Assembly (NCBI GenBank): GCA_038064635.1
Contig: JBBTSS010000007.1
Span: 9,163 to 66,399 of the forward strand
Source: Patescibacteria group bacterium
GTDB lineage: Bacteria; Patescibacteriota; Minisyncoccia; Phycocordibacterales; UBA9973
Direction of reading: 5' to 3'
DNA: 57,237 bases
This document shows positions 18,401-28,749 of the stretch, in pieces; position 1 is the first letter of the stretch; every line of letters starts with the position of its first letter. Both the position numbers and the translations under genes were made by a program. The notes beneath the pieces were generated by a model. The model saw only the letters and a program-made list of their open reading frames with translations. It did no database searches and had not been told where the DNA came from.

Positions 18401-18566
18401 GAAAGTCAAAAAAGTCAATGAACAAGGGGATTATGACGACGACGAAAATTTCGATGACGGTGATGAGGGTTGTGATGATAAGCCGAAAACTAAAAGAGAA
18501 ACTCTTCATGGCTTAGTACTAGTAGGTTTTGAAACGAGTCAAGGCCAAGTTAACACAGTTTTTTAG
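15423..18566 (+). CDS. Large secreted multi-repeat surface protein (putative pilus-locus adhesin)
   Basis: 1047 aa with a signal-like N-terminus ending ANNANA. Contains two copies of an unassigned module of about 140 aa, one Ig-like module, five tandem modules of about 88 aa, and an acidic tail. Confidence 0.85.
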   Translation: MQKVSSLKFLLSFFVFFVFMFFANNANANIIYSQLDDSVEIPNSSIGASPDASFTEVAGHIKNLKFAYHDYGNGPGHFIGVAVVDLDAGISYYAHKIGTPNGCGSSYESTGLNAKTIVEFDETYEYKAYPCTGSNLVLDSTHKYGITMFRNSGGADTQRFYGSSTNTKDLYWYVENDSNFHDAQNSVTSFVLSNFNPSVVGVVDEPSRTINIAVPFGQDISSITPDVVVSDGATYSPSGAQNFNLPVTYTVTAVDGAIKKYKVKVTINCAVGCIESAAYNQVDDSVEINQSSISAFNTFTGYSGSVADLKFSYHDHGNSAGHFIAVSIVDFTAGVSYYAVTGNTGCGNSYQSKGLNAKTVVDFDSSTKYKAYPCTGDNLVLDETHTYGVTMFRNSGGADTQRFYGSSDSNNDVSLQIKTHKVSPDFTKPETLPTLVGMLGTNDWHTSDVTLSFTATDDLSGVLNTKYSLDNGITWNIYVSPVVFSNEGTHVVKYKSEDLLGNVEDEQTVEIKIDKTAPNTTHDIVGTQGENNWYVSNVDFSLNPIDTTSEVFEILYSLDQGITWLPYSVALSLVDGDNAVLYKSVDFAGNEEVVHSINVKVDTVSPISTPVVAGEEGMNGWLTSSAVLDFTATDDTSLVSTIEYSVNNGPWEIYSTQLSFNTGTYVIKYKAKDNAGNIEDEQTITTSVDSNAPVTTINVNGTLGTEDWYVSATNFEFSAVSEPSGILKTEYSLDGGVTWNLFNGSPVLLSEGIDVVSYKSTNNAGVVEQVRNTTIKVDLTNPNTTHTVSGTSGTNGWYTSDTTLSLNATDAGSGILRTEYSVDEGMTWNEYINPIVFNENLVQNVLYKSTDSAGNIEIEKTFSMKIDKTAPEAKIVFDPNTKDLSVVGIDADSNTTIVLTATSALVTNEAGRTVEVKFSKFVGTDKKIKLEISELKYNGISNGVFTKKVTLRYQWQLNSSGQIKQLTEKAVVGKDKVTGNYKLNPHDATKIVKKVKKVNEQGDYDDDENFDDGDEGCDDKPKTKRETLHGLVLVGFETSQGQVNTVF
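15861..15914 (+). repeat. 54-nt exact repeat (partner at 16590-16643) inside the two N-terminal modules
   Basis: ACCATGTTTAGAAATTCAGGCGGTGCAGATACTCAAAGATTTTATGGTTCTAGT occurs twice, encoding TMFRNSGGADTQRFYGSS. Confidence 0.85.
16590..16643 (+). repeat. 54-nt exact repeat (partner at 15861-15914)
   Basis: See partner entry. Confidence 0.85.
16711..18036 (+). repeat. Five tandem modules of about 265 nt (88 aa), Ig-like/OmpL47-type
   Basis: Recurrent pattern G.NGW[YH]TSD..L...A.D..SG...TEYS.D.G.TW..Y...V.....G...V.YKS.D.AGN.E......I.IDKT.P. Confidence 0.8.
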
Positions 18567-18588
18567 CCAAAAATAAGGAGATATTAAC

Positions 18589-18620
18589 AAAACACCATTG
18601 TAGCAATGGTGTTTTGTTTT
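18589..18620 (+). terminator. Intrinsic terminator after the large repeat protein
   Basis: Stem AACACCATTG/CAATGGTGTT followed by TTGTTTT. Confidence 0.75.
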
Positions 18621-18627
18621 ATATATA

Positions 18628-18636
18628 TGATACAAT
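18628..18636 (+). promoter_or_regulatory. Extended -10 promoter (TGATACAAT)
   Basis: TGnTACAAT about 47 nt upstream of ATG 18683. Confidence 0.5.
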
Positions 18637-18682
18637 ATAGGATATTATTAGTTGTTATTTTTTTATAATCAATTTGAATCTT

Positions 18683-19153
18683 ATGTTTAAATTAAAAAGG
18701 GAAAAAGGTTTTACGCTCATAGAACTTTTGATTGTGATAGCTATTATAGCTATCCTAGCTACTATTGTTGTGATTGCCTTGAATGATGCTCGAAATAAAG
18801 GTGCTGATGGTAGTGTAAAGTCAAACCTTTCAAGCGCACGTTCTGTGGCAGAAGTTTTTTATAATACAAATGTAGCAAATCCTAATACTTATATCTTACT
18901 TTGTACAAACGGTACAATAGGTGGTATTAGTGGCAACATGTTAGCTGCTATAAAATCAGCAGGTTTAGTTAGTTATACTACAAACGGTACGGGAACACTT
19001 ACTACTGCAACATGTAATGAAAATGGTTCCTCTTGGGCTGCAGAAGTTCCTCTTAAGAGTCCTAGTAATAGCATGTGGTGTGTTGATAGTCTCGCTGCTT
19101 CTAGAAAGACAACATCATCTATTGGTGCTGGTACAGTTTGCCCTTTGAACTAA
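18683..19153 (+). CDS. Type IV pilin, second paralogue type
   Basis: EKGFTLIELLIVIAIIAILA prepilin motif. The C-terminal MWCVDS motif is shared with the major pilin. ATG 18683 is preferred over TTG 18674. Confidence 0.88.
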   Translation: MFKLKREKGFTLIELLIVIAIIAILATIVVIALNDARNKGADGSVKSNLSSARSVAEVFYNTNVANPNTYILLCTNGTIGGISGNMLAAIKSAGLVSYTTNGTGTLTTATCNENGSSWAAEVPLKSPSNSMWCVDSLAASRKTTSSIGAGTVCPLN

Positions 19154-19168
19154 GGTGTAAAAAATACA

Positions 19169-19957
19169 ATGACTCTTACTTTAACTATGATATTTTTTGT
19201 GTTTGGTTTAATCATTGGTAGCTTTTTGAATGTTCTTATCTATCGATTAAATACACGAAAGTCTCTTGGTGGTAGAAGCGCTTGTATGTCTTGTCAAAAA
19301 ACTTTGTGCTGGTACGAACTCATTCCTTTGTTTTCTTTTTTTGCTTTAAAAGGTAGATGTAGTGGTTGTAAAACCAAGATATCAGTACAGTATCCTATCG
19401 TAGAATTCATAACTGGTTTTATTTTTGGTTTACTTTTCTTTAAATTTAAAAATATATTTTTTTCTGACACCATAACCTTTTCTCTCCTTTTTGGTTATTA
19501 TGCTGTCTTGTTTTCAATTTTGATTACTATCTTAGTTTATGATGTAAAACATAAAATAATTCCAGATGTTCTTTCTCTTGTCTTTGGGGTGTTGTCTTTT
19601 GTGGGTATGTTTTTTATTAGTGGATATGAAATTTATCCTCATATACCATATATTCTTGACCTATTGTCTGGTTTTATTATTTCGTTACCTTTTGCAGCTT
19701 TATGGTTTTTTTCAAGAGGTACTTGGATGGGTTTAGGAGATGCCAAACTTATGCTTGGAATTGGTTTCTTTTTAGGTCTTGGAAAAGCATTATCCGCAAT
19801 GGTTATAGCCTTTTGGTCTGGTGCTATACTCGGACTTTTGCTTGTGATTTTTAGTAAAAAAATTGGGATAAAAAGCGAGATACCTTTTGCTCCATTTTTA
19901 GTCATAGGTACTTTTATTGCCTTCTTTTTTGATGTTTTTATTTTTAAAGTTTTTTAA
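19169..19957 (+). CDS. pilD: Prepilin peptidase / N-methyltransferase (A24 family)
   Basis: Polytopic membrane protein with a CxxC...CxxC region and the aspartyl motifs (YDVKHKIIPD, GLGDAKL). Confidence 0.9.
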   Translation: MTLTLTMIFFVFGLIIGSFLNVLIYRLNTRKSLGGRSACMSCQKTLCWYELIPLFSFFALKGRCSGCKTKISVQYPIVEFITGFIFGLLFFKFKNIFFSDTITFSLLFGYYAVLFSILITILVYDVKHKIIPDVLSLVFGVLSFVGMFFISGYEIYPHIPYILDLLSGFIISLPFAALWFFSRGTWMGLGDAKLMLGIGFFLGLGKALSAMVIAFWSGAILGLLLVIFSKKIGIKSEIPFAPFLVIGTFIAFFFDVFIFKVF

Positions 19958-19973
19958 GATCTGGATAATTTAA

Positions 19974-20618
19974 ATGTTTAAAGAATTTCAACAAATAAAT
20001 ACAAAAAAGGGAATGACTTACGTAGAGCTTATTGTTGTTTTAAGTATTTTCTCTATTATTTCTACTGTTGTTGTTTTTAATTATGGAGCTTTTCAATCAA
20101 AGGTAGATATAAAAAATTTAGCAAATGATGTAGCTTTGAAAATAGTGGAAGCTCAAAAATCCTCAACGTCCGGCGACTTGTCTACTTTGCCTCCTGTTGT
20201 TTTCCCTTGGAGGCCGTCGTATGGGCTTTATTTCGATACTGGAACTTCTAAAAGTTTTATTTATTTTACTGACTTAAATAATTCTGGAACCGATACAAAT
20301 CATCCAAATTACCCAGAAGCTTGTGATGATTCTAGTTGTATACCTCCATACAGTATAGGAGGGGAAGTAAATGAGATAATAAATATTACAAGAGGTAGCT
20401 TTATAGGTAATAATGGATTAGAAGTTTTTGGTCCTGGTTGTCCTGCTACTGTTTCTAACTTGAGTATAGTTTTCAAACGTCCTAGTTCGACTGCTGTTAT
20501 CGCTTCAAACCCTCCATTAGGCTGTACCCCTTCTTATGTTTCAGTAAATTTATCTTCCCCTTATTCTTATGTGTCTAAAATAAAAATATATCCATCAGGT
20601 AGGATACAATTAGATTAA
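19974..20618 (+). CDS. Minor pilin / pseudopilin
   Basis: KKGMTYVELIVVLSIFSII prepilin-type N-terminus. Confidence 0.75.
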   Translation: MFKEFQQINTKKGMTYVELIVVLSIFSIISTVVVFNYGAFQSKVDIKNLANDVALKIVEAQKSSTSGDLSTLPPVVFPWRPSYGLYFDTGTSKSFIYFTDLNNSGTDTNHPNYPEACDDSSCIPPYSIGGEVNEIINITRGSFIGNNGLEVFGPGCPATVSNLSIVFKRPSSTAVIASNPPLGCTPSYVSVNLSSPYSYVSKIKIYPSGRIQLD

Positions 20619-20622
20619 CCCC

Positions 20623-21237
20623 ATGAAAATGAATTTTTTAAAAAACAAAAGAACAAATAAAGGATATACTATCATTGAGACGATGATAGCTATCTCTTTA
20701 TTTATAGTTATAATCATGGCTGGAATGGGAACTTTACTTAACGCAAATCTGCTTCGAAATAAATCAGAAGATGTACGTTCTATTATAGATAATCTTAGTT
20801 TTATTTTAGAAGATATGTCTAGAAATTTGCGTACGGGCTATAATTATCGTTGTGTTGATAATGGTATTTTTAATAATCTTGATGTGCCTTTAAGTTGTGC
20901 TAGTGGTGGTGCAATAGTTTTTGAAGAAGCACATGGAGATGTGGGTGTTACTAGTGATCAATGGATATATAAAGTAGAGTCAAACGATGGTGGTATTACT
21001 TTTAATATCTGGAAGTCGACTGATGGAGGTACTAGCTACGTGCAATTAAATACTAGTGATATTTTGATTAATTCAGTTTCTGGGTTTTCTGTTTTAGGAG
21101 CAGAAGAGGCGTCTGGTAACCAACAACAACCATTAGTAAATATCAGATTAGCTGGTAAGATAAAATACAAAGAAGTTGAAACACCTTTTGATTTACAAAC
21201 TTCCGTCTCTCAAAGATTAATTCAATTAGTACCATAA
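20623..21237 (+). CDS. Minor pilin / pseudopilin
   Basis: NKGYTIIETMIAISLFIVI prepilin-type N-terminus. Confidence 0.75.
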   Translation: MKMNFLKNKRTNKGYTIIETMIAISLFIVIIMAGMGTLLNANLLRNKSEDVRSIIDNLSFILEDMSRNLRTGYNYRCVDNGIFNNLDVPLSCASGGAIVFEEAHGDVGVTSDQWIYKVESNDGGITFNIWKSTDGGTSYVQLNTSDILINSVSGFSVLGAEEASGNQQQPLVNIRLAGKIKYKEVETPFDLQTSVSQRLIQLVP

Positions 21238-21238
21238 A

Positions 21239-21817
21239 ATGAAATTTTCCTTAAAACAAAAAAATAAAGGGTTCACTTTAATTGAAACGCTTGTCGCTAT
21301 ATCTATTTTTACTGTTTCTGTTATCGCGCTTTTGACTATTGTGTCTAGCGGTATCACAGATACTCTATACGCGAAGAAAAAAATGGCGGCTATATATCTA
21401 GCCCAAGAGGGTATAGAGTATATGAGAAATATGCGAGATACTTATCTTTTATATCCTCCAAATGGAACTGTTGGATGGGACGATTTTAAAGTAAAGATTG
21501 AAGATTGTAATACAGACAATGGGAAAGGCTGTTATTTTAATGATCAGGCATTAGACTTCAATGATCAAATACAACCTATCATAGACATCACTATTTCACC
21601 TTGTGTTGCTGGGGTGTGCCCCACTTTATTATATGATTCTCTTACTGGTAAGTATAACTACACTACGGGTGTTAATTCTGGTTTTGTAAGAAGAATTAAT
21701 ATTACCAATATAAATGCTCACGAAACACAGATATATTCGACTGTGACTTTTATGAATGGATCTGTGCCGTACGAGATTACTTTTTCAGAAAATTTATTTA
21801 ATTGGATAAGACAATAA
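21239..21817 (+). CDS. Minor pilin / pseudopilin
   Basis: NKGFTLIETLVAISIFTVS prepilin-type N-terminus. Confidence 0.75.
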   Translation: MKFSLKQKNKGFTLIETLVAISIFTVSVIALLTIVSSGITDTLYAKKKMAAIYLAQEGIEYMRNMRDTYLLYPPNGTVGWDDFKVKIEDCNTDNGKGCYFNDQALDFNDQIQPIIDITISPCVAGVCPTLLYDSLTGKYNYTTGVNSGFVRRINITNINAHETQIYSTVTFMNGSVPYEITFSENLFNWIRQ

Positions 21818-21819
21818 TA

Positions 21820-24370
<2,551 letters not shown>

Positions 24371-24397
24371 TTCCTTAACTTAAAAAATAGGCAATAA

Positions 24398-24436
24398 AAA
24401 ATGGTTGAATTCGAGATAACTCGAATCCAACCATTT
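24398..24436. terminator. Bidirectional terminator hairpin between convergent ligA and the island
   Basis: 17-bp stem AAATGGTTGAATTCGAG/CTCGAATCCAACCATTT with one mismatch, flanked by A-run and T-run. Confidence 0.7.
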
Positions 24437-24456
24437 GGATGTATTAACAAAATGTT

Positions 24457-25365
24457 CTATCCGTGATGTTCTCCACCTCCTCCAAGCAATAGGGCTGAAG
24501 TGTTGTCGTCCAAATTTGGAGTAAGCCAATTGACCGTTTTGCCGCCCCAGACTGATACTGGCCAAAAACTGAATGCAGTAAGCCAAACGGGCCAACCCAG
24601 GTTTACTATCCAAAGGAATACACTGATCACAAAAAATGCTACCACTAATAGGCTTGAAATGAAGGTAAGAAAACTGCTCCAACCAAATATTACGAGCATG
24701 GGTTTGTTTATTGAGACAATCCCGAGACCGAAAATTTTGACTGGTTTCTCTCCTGCACTAGCTTGAGCTACAAATCGGAAGAAAAATATTATTCCACATA
24801 GCAGAAGAAAAAGTGCTGAAAACACCCATGTCACGACTGACCATGCAAATGATGCCCCATCCGATACCTTTGTAGAAAACCAGTTGAAACTAAGAAAAAA
24901 TTTCTGTTTTGTTTCTTCTTGTGTGGTCGAGTCTGGAAAACTCCATTCGCCACCAGGTCGCTGTCTTTTTGTAACTGGTTGAAGGTCTCCACCACCTTTG
25001 TCTTTTTCGGCAACAGCAGTGTTGGCGCTTTCCAGTTCATATCCGGGTTGAATTTTGCCATCTTTTGGAGCTGGGTAGATTTTTACTTTTTGTATTTCTA
25101 CATCTACTTTGCCCGTGAAGCCTTCCAGATATTCATTCATGAGTCCTCGAAATGTTTTTCCTGAACTTTTCCATTTTAACTCAGAAGGTTTTCCGGCGGT
25201 TGATACTGTTAAAACAACCGAAGCTCCATCTTCGACGAAGTATGTGTTGCAAGTCCGTGTTCCGAGGTAAGCTTCTACGGCTTCTGGTAAAGTTTGCTTT
25301 GCAAACGCTGAGAGAGGCAGGGTCATTATTATGGCCACTACCAAAAGGAAAGGTACTTTTTTCAT
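24457..25365 (-). CDS. Hypothetical secreted/polytopic membrane protein (302 aa), GC-elevated
   Basis: Signal-like N-terminus (LPLSAFA), a soluble part of about 150 aa, then 4-5 Trp/Phe-rich TM segments. Ends in GGGGEHHG. Confidence 0.7.
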   Translation of the reverse strand: MKKVPFLLVVAIIMTLPLSAFAKQTLPEAVEAYLGTRTCNTYFVEDGASVVLTVSTAGKPSELKWKSSGKTFRGLMNEYLEGFTGKVDVEIQKVKIYPAPKDGKIQPGYELESANTAVAEKDKGGGDLQPVTKRQRPGGEWSFPDSTTQEETKQKFFLSFNWFSTKVSDGASFAWSVVTWVFSALFLLLCGIIFFFRFVAQASAGEKPVKIFGLGIVSINKPMLVIFGWSSFLTFISSLLVVAFFVISVFLWIVNLGWPVWLTAFSFWPVSVWGGKTVNWLTPNLDDNTSALLLGGGGEHHG

Positions 25366-26423
25366 AATTCCTGAAAGTTTTGGTGTGATGAATTTTGTGA
25401 AAATCTTTTGAAGTGTTTTTTGATCATTGTTGCCTTTTTTGCTTCCATAGCTAAAAGGAGTTCCTGTACTGTAATTATGCCATCACAATGTGAATTGTTG
25501 TGCATAATTTGTGCTCCATCCATATACCAACCATCAAATGGTTGATTCTGAAGGTAATTCTGTGGGTTTTTATCCCATTTTCCGTAGATTTTAGTCTCGC
25601 CTCGTTCACCTATTAAAGAAGGTGCAAAAAGACAAAGATATACATCGATAGCTTCTATTTGGTGATTTTTTGAATAATCACCTAACCAGTGCATGTGATA
25701 AGCGTTTGATAAACCCATAATAGGTTGTATTTGCTTGTTTTCACACCAGCTGATTACTTCAGAAAGTTTATATGTCCTTCCTTCGTATTTTATTCCTTGC
25801 AATCCTTTTGCAGTAAATTGACTCCAAGAAGCTGCGACACGATCGGTGCGCACTATTAGAGGATTTAAACTACACTCAAAAAGAGCTGGAGAATAAAAAG
25901 TAAGAGGGGAAGCACTTAACCTTTTTGCCGTAGCGTGTACACTATCAATTACAATTTTTCGAATATATTCGTCACCGACGATGTTTTGTTCGAAAACTGA
26001 AATTAACTGATCTTCTGGTAACCCAGAAAATTGATCCATGTAAACAGGATCCAATTTCTGTTGTGCCCATTCAATAAAATTATGAACAGGAGACCAAAAA
26101 ATCCAAAGAGCGGTAGCGAATATTAAAAGTCGCCATTTTCTTTTTTTTATTCTTAGAACAAAGAATTGCCATAAGAATTTAAAAGTAATTTTTGCACCCT
26201 TTTTTGTGTATTTTATAGCGTAACTTAGTAGCCCAAAAATATAGGAAAGTAAAACGATTATTGCGATACATCCTGCTATTTTAAGCCACCCATCTAGAGA
26301 CAACAGTATTTGGATGAAATCCAGAAAGTTGACTAGGTCAACTTTTAAACGTTCAACCGAACATCCTGAAAACAGGAGGCTCAGGAACAGAAGCGCTGAG
26401 AGAATTCTTGTTTTTCTGAACAT
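25362..26423 (-). CDS. Hypothetical lipoprotein-like membrane protein (353 aa)
   Basis: Lipobox-like LFSGC, 2-3 TM segments, then a globular domain of about 230 aa with no motif I can assign. Overlaps the downstream gene by 4 nt. Confidence 0.7.
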   Translation of the reverse strand: MFRKTRILSALLFLSLLFSGCSVERLKVDLVNFLDFIQILLSLDGWLKIAGCIAIIVLLSYIFGLLSYAIKYTKKGAKITFKFLWQFFVLRIKKRKWRLLIFATALWIFWSPVHNFIEWAQQKLDPVYMDQFSGLPEDQLISVFEQNIVGDEYIRKIVIDSVHATAKRLSASPLTFYSPALFECSLNPLIVRTDRVAASWSQFTAKGLQGIKYEGRTYKLSEVISWCENKQIQPIMGLSNAYHMHWLGDYSKNHQIEAIDVYLCLFAPSLIGERGETKIYGKWDKNPQNYLQNQPFDGWYMDGAQIMHNNSHCDGIITVQELLLAMEAKKATMIKKHFKRFSQNSSHQNFQEL

Positions 26424-26531
26424 TTTGTTAAGTTTTTAGTTGACGAAGAAATATAGAGTTCAAAATTACCATACAACATATTAAAATAAAATGCAAGGGT
26501 AAAGGGGGATATTGTCAAGCCCTAAAAATAT

Positions 26532-26569
26532 ATAAAAACGCCTGGCCAGATTGACTCCAGACAGGCGTT
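26532..26569 (-). terminator. Intrinsic terminator after the 145-aa island gene
   Basis: Stem AACGCCTG/CAGGCGTT with a T-run on the minus strand. Confidence 0.6.
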
Positions 26570-26590
26570 AAAAACAAACAATTACACCTT

Positions 26591-27028
26591 TTATTTCAAA
26601 GGTAATATACAAACCAATTTTCCCCATTTGGTATGTCGCACATTTTCGGCTGCGTTTCTCACCACTTCATGGGTTACGTTTCCATTCCAATGATGGATGT
26701 CTATCTTTACACAGTCTCCCCAGGACCATACTTTTAATACCTTGAACTTATAGGACCAGGATTTGTGCACTGCTATATACCAGCAACCCTTTTTTAAATT
26801 GTCAGGTTTGATGTTTAGTTGATTCAACATTTGGGCCCCATCTAATTTTTCAACAGAGGTAAGCCCGACATCAAATTCTTTCACCTTTTTTGAACCTATG
26901 TCGTAAAGAATTAAATTTTTTTCATATTCTTTTGGCAATATTAGATAAGAGTGGGTGACTGGGATTCTAAGGGAATTTTTCCCTTTGATTTTTAGCATTT
27001 TGAAACTGAGATTCGAAAGGTTTTCCAT
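26591..27028 (-). CDS. Hypothetical protein (145 aa), Trp-rich C-terminus
   Basis: ORF only. No family recognised. Confidence 0.55.
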   Translation of the reverse strand: MENLSNLSFKMLKIKGKNSLRIPVTHSYLILPKEYEKNLILYDIGSKKVKEFDVGLTSVEKLDGAQMLNQLNIKPDNLKKGCWYIAVHKSWSYKFKVLKVWSWGDCVKIDIHHWNGNVTHEVVRNAAENVRHTKWGKLVCILPLK

Positions 27029-27119
27029 GATAAAAACTTTAGAAGTTAAATTATTTTTTGTGAAGTACGAGTGTGTTTATTTTGAAATTAACACACATAT
27101 ATGTATTTAGCAATATATG

Positions 27120-27204
27120 AGGAGGGTAGGAGATTCGAACTCCTGGTGGTATTACCCACACCCGCTTTCCAAGCGAGCGCACTAGACCGCTATGCGAACC
27201 CTCC
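27120..27204 (-). tRNA. tRNA-Ser (GGA), class II
   Basis: The reverse complement folds as acceptor GGAGGGT/ACCCTCC, anticodon stem CTCGC/GCGGG with loop TTGGAAA, a long variable arm, and T-arm AGGAG-TTCGAAT-CTCCT. Confidence 0.85.
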
Positions 27205-27244
27205 TTTATGTCTATATCCTAATTTACATGAAAATCTTAAGAAA

Positions 27245-27253
27245 TGCTATAAT
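27245..27253 (+). promoter_or_regulatory. Extended -10 promoter (TGCTATAAT) abutting the start codon
   Basis: TATAAT ends 6 nt before ATG 27260. Confidence 0.55.
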
Positions 27254-27259
27254 TAAGAT

Positions 27260-27523
27260 ATGGATACTTTAATTCACGCAGATATATTCTTTTTTATAAC
27301 CAGTGTTGCGGTGGTGGTTTTAACATTGCTTCTGATTGTTGCCCTTTTTTATTTCCTTCAGATATTAAAGAATTTTAGAGACATCTCAGATACTTTAAAG
27401 AAAGGAGTGGATCATGCTTCAAGTCACATTGAGGAACTTTCAGAAAATATCATGAATAATCCAGTTTTTAATTTTTTATTTGGAAAAAAAAGAGCAAGTA
27501 AAAAGCGTACGAAAAAAGAGTAA
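27260..27523 (+). CDS. Small TM protein (DUF948-like architecture)
   Basis: 87 aa with an N-terminal TM segment, a helical region and a basic tail. Confidence 0.55.
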   Translation: MDTLIHADIFFFITSVAVVVLTLLLIVALFYFLQILKNFRDISDTLKKGVDHASSHIEELSENIMNNPVFNFLFGKKRASKKRTKKE

Positions 27524-27572
27524 AAATGGTATAATTGTAGAGTCATTATTAGTTGTTAACTTAAATAAAGTC

Positions 27573-27953
27573 ATGAGTAAAAAAGTAAATCAAAAAGGTA
27601 ATGTAGGTAAGGCTATCGTAGCGGGAGTAGGCGTAGCAGCTGTGTCAGCTGCAGCTTATTTATTGTTTGGTCCAGAAGGAAAAAAGAATAGAAAGAAGAT
27701 AAATGGTTGGGCAGTAAAAATGAAAGGAGAGATGATTGAGAAATTTGAAGAAATGAAAGAAGTTACAGAGCCTATGTATCATAAAGTGGTTGATGAAATT
27801 TCTACTAAATATGCAAAGACTAAAGGAGTTTCACAAGAAGAAATTACTGAAGTTGTAGGAGAGCTTAAGAAGCATTGGAAGGCTATGTCTAATGATGCTA
27901 AAAAGTTAGTCAAAAAAGTTGGCAAGACTGCAAAGAAAGTTAGTAAAAAATAA
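27573..27953 (+). CDS. YtxH-like small membrane-associated protein
   Basis: The TM segment AIVAGVGVAAVSAAAYLLFGPEGKK is followed by Lys/Glu-rich helices. ATG 27573 is preferred, with TGGTATAAT at 27527-27535 upstream. Confidence 0.55.
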   Translation: MSKKVNQKGNVGKAIVAGVGVAAVSAAAYLLFGPEGKKNRKKINGWAVKMKGEMIEKFEEMKEVTEPMYHKVVDEISTKYAKTKGVSQEEITEVVGELKKHWKAMSNDAKKLVKKVGKTAKKVSKK

Positions 27954-27966
27954 TTCTGTAAAAGTT

Positions 27967-28740
27967 TTGAATCAGAGTCTTAAAAAGATAATAGTTTTAA
28001 ATAAACATGAAGGCGAAACACCTCTAGAAATCCTAGAGGTGTTTCGCCGTAAACATGGAAAGTATAAAGATATCAAAATGACCTATGCCGGCCGACTCGA
28101 TCCTATGGCTTCTGGACTGTTAATTATACTAACTGGAGAAGAGTGCAAGAAAAAAGACGAGTATCTAAAATTAGATAAAGAATATGAATTTGAAGTGTTG
28201 TTTGGTTTTGCTACTGATACTTATGATATTTTAGGTAAAGTCATTGCTCATGCTTGTGAAGAGCATTTACAAGCTTTGAGTGTAAAGTCTTTAGAAAAAG
28301 ATATAAATAAAAATTTAAAATATTTTAAAGGTACTTTTATCCAGAAGTATCCTATTTATTCTTCTCGTACCGTAGAAGGGAAACCTTTATTTGAATATGG
28401 AAGGGAAGGTAAAGAAGTAGATATTCCAGAAAGGGAAGTAAATGTGAAAAGTTTAAAATTTTTAAAATTAAGAAAAATCAATAATAAAAAACTTTTAGAA
28501 AATATAGAAAAAAGGGTAAGTAAAGTAAACGGGGATTTTAGGCAAAAAGAAATTTTAAATATTTGGAAAAAAGAATTAAAAAAAGAAGAAACTTTTTTTG
28601 TTGGGAGTTTTAAGATTAAGTGTAGTAGTGGCACTTATGTAAGGGGAATAGCGAATAGTCTCGGAGAGAAAATGGGTATTCCAGCTTTAGCATTTTCGAT
28701 AAAACGTACAAAAATTGGCAAATGGAGTAAACAGGTGTAA
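27967..28740 (+). CDS. truB: tRNA pseudouridine(55) synthase TruB family
   Basis: Catalytic-Asp motif YAGRLDPMASGLLIIL. The start is uncertain: TTG 27967 lies after the upstream stop, while the ORF track gives 27919. Confidence 0.85.
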   Translation: MNQSLKKIIVLNKHEGETPLEILEVFRRKHGKYKDIKMTYAGRLDPMASGLLIILTGEECKKKDEYLKLDKEYEFEVLFGFATDTYDILGKVIAHACEEHLQALSVKSLEKDINKNLKYFKGTFIQKYPIYSSRTVEGKPLFEYGREGKEVDIPEREVNVKSLKFLKLRKINNKKLLENIEKRVSKVNGDFRQKEILNIWKKELKKEETFFVGSFKIKCSSGTYVRGIANSLGEKMGIPALAFSIKRTKIGKWSKQV

Positions 28741-28749
28741 TATATAGAA

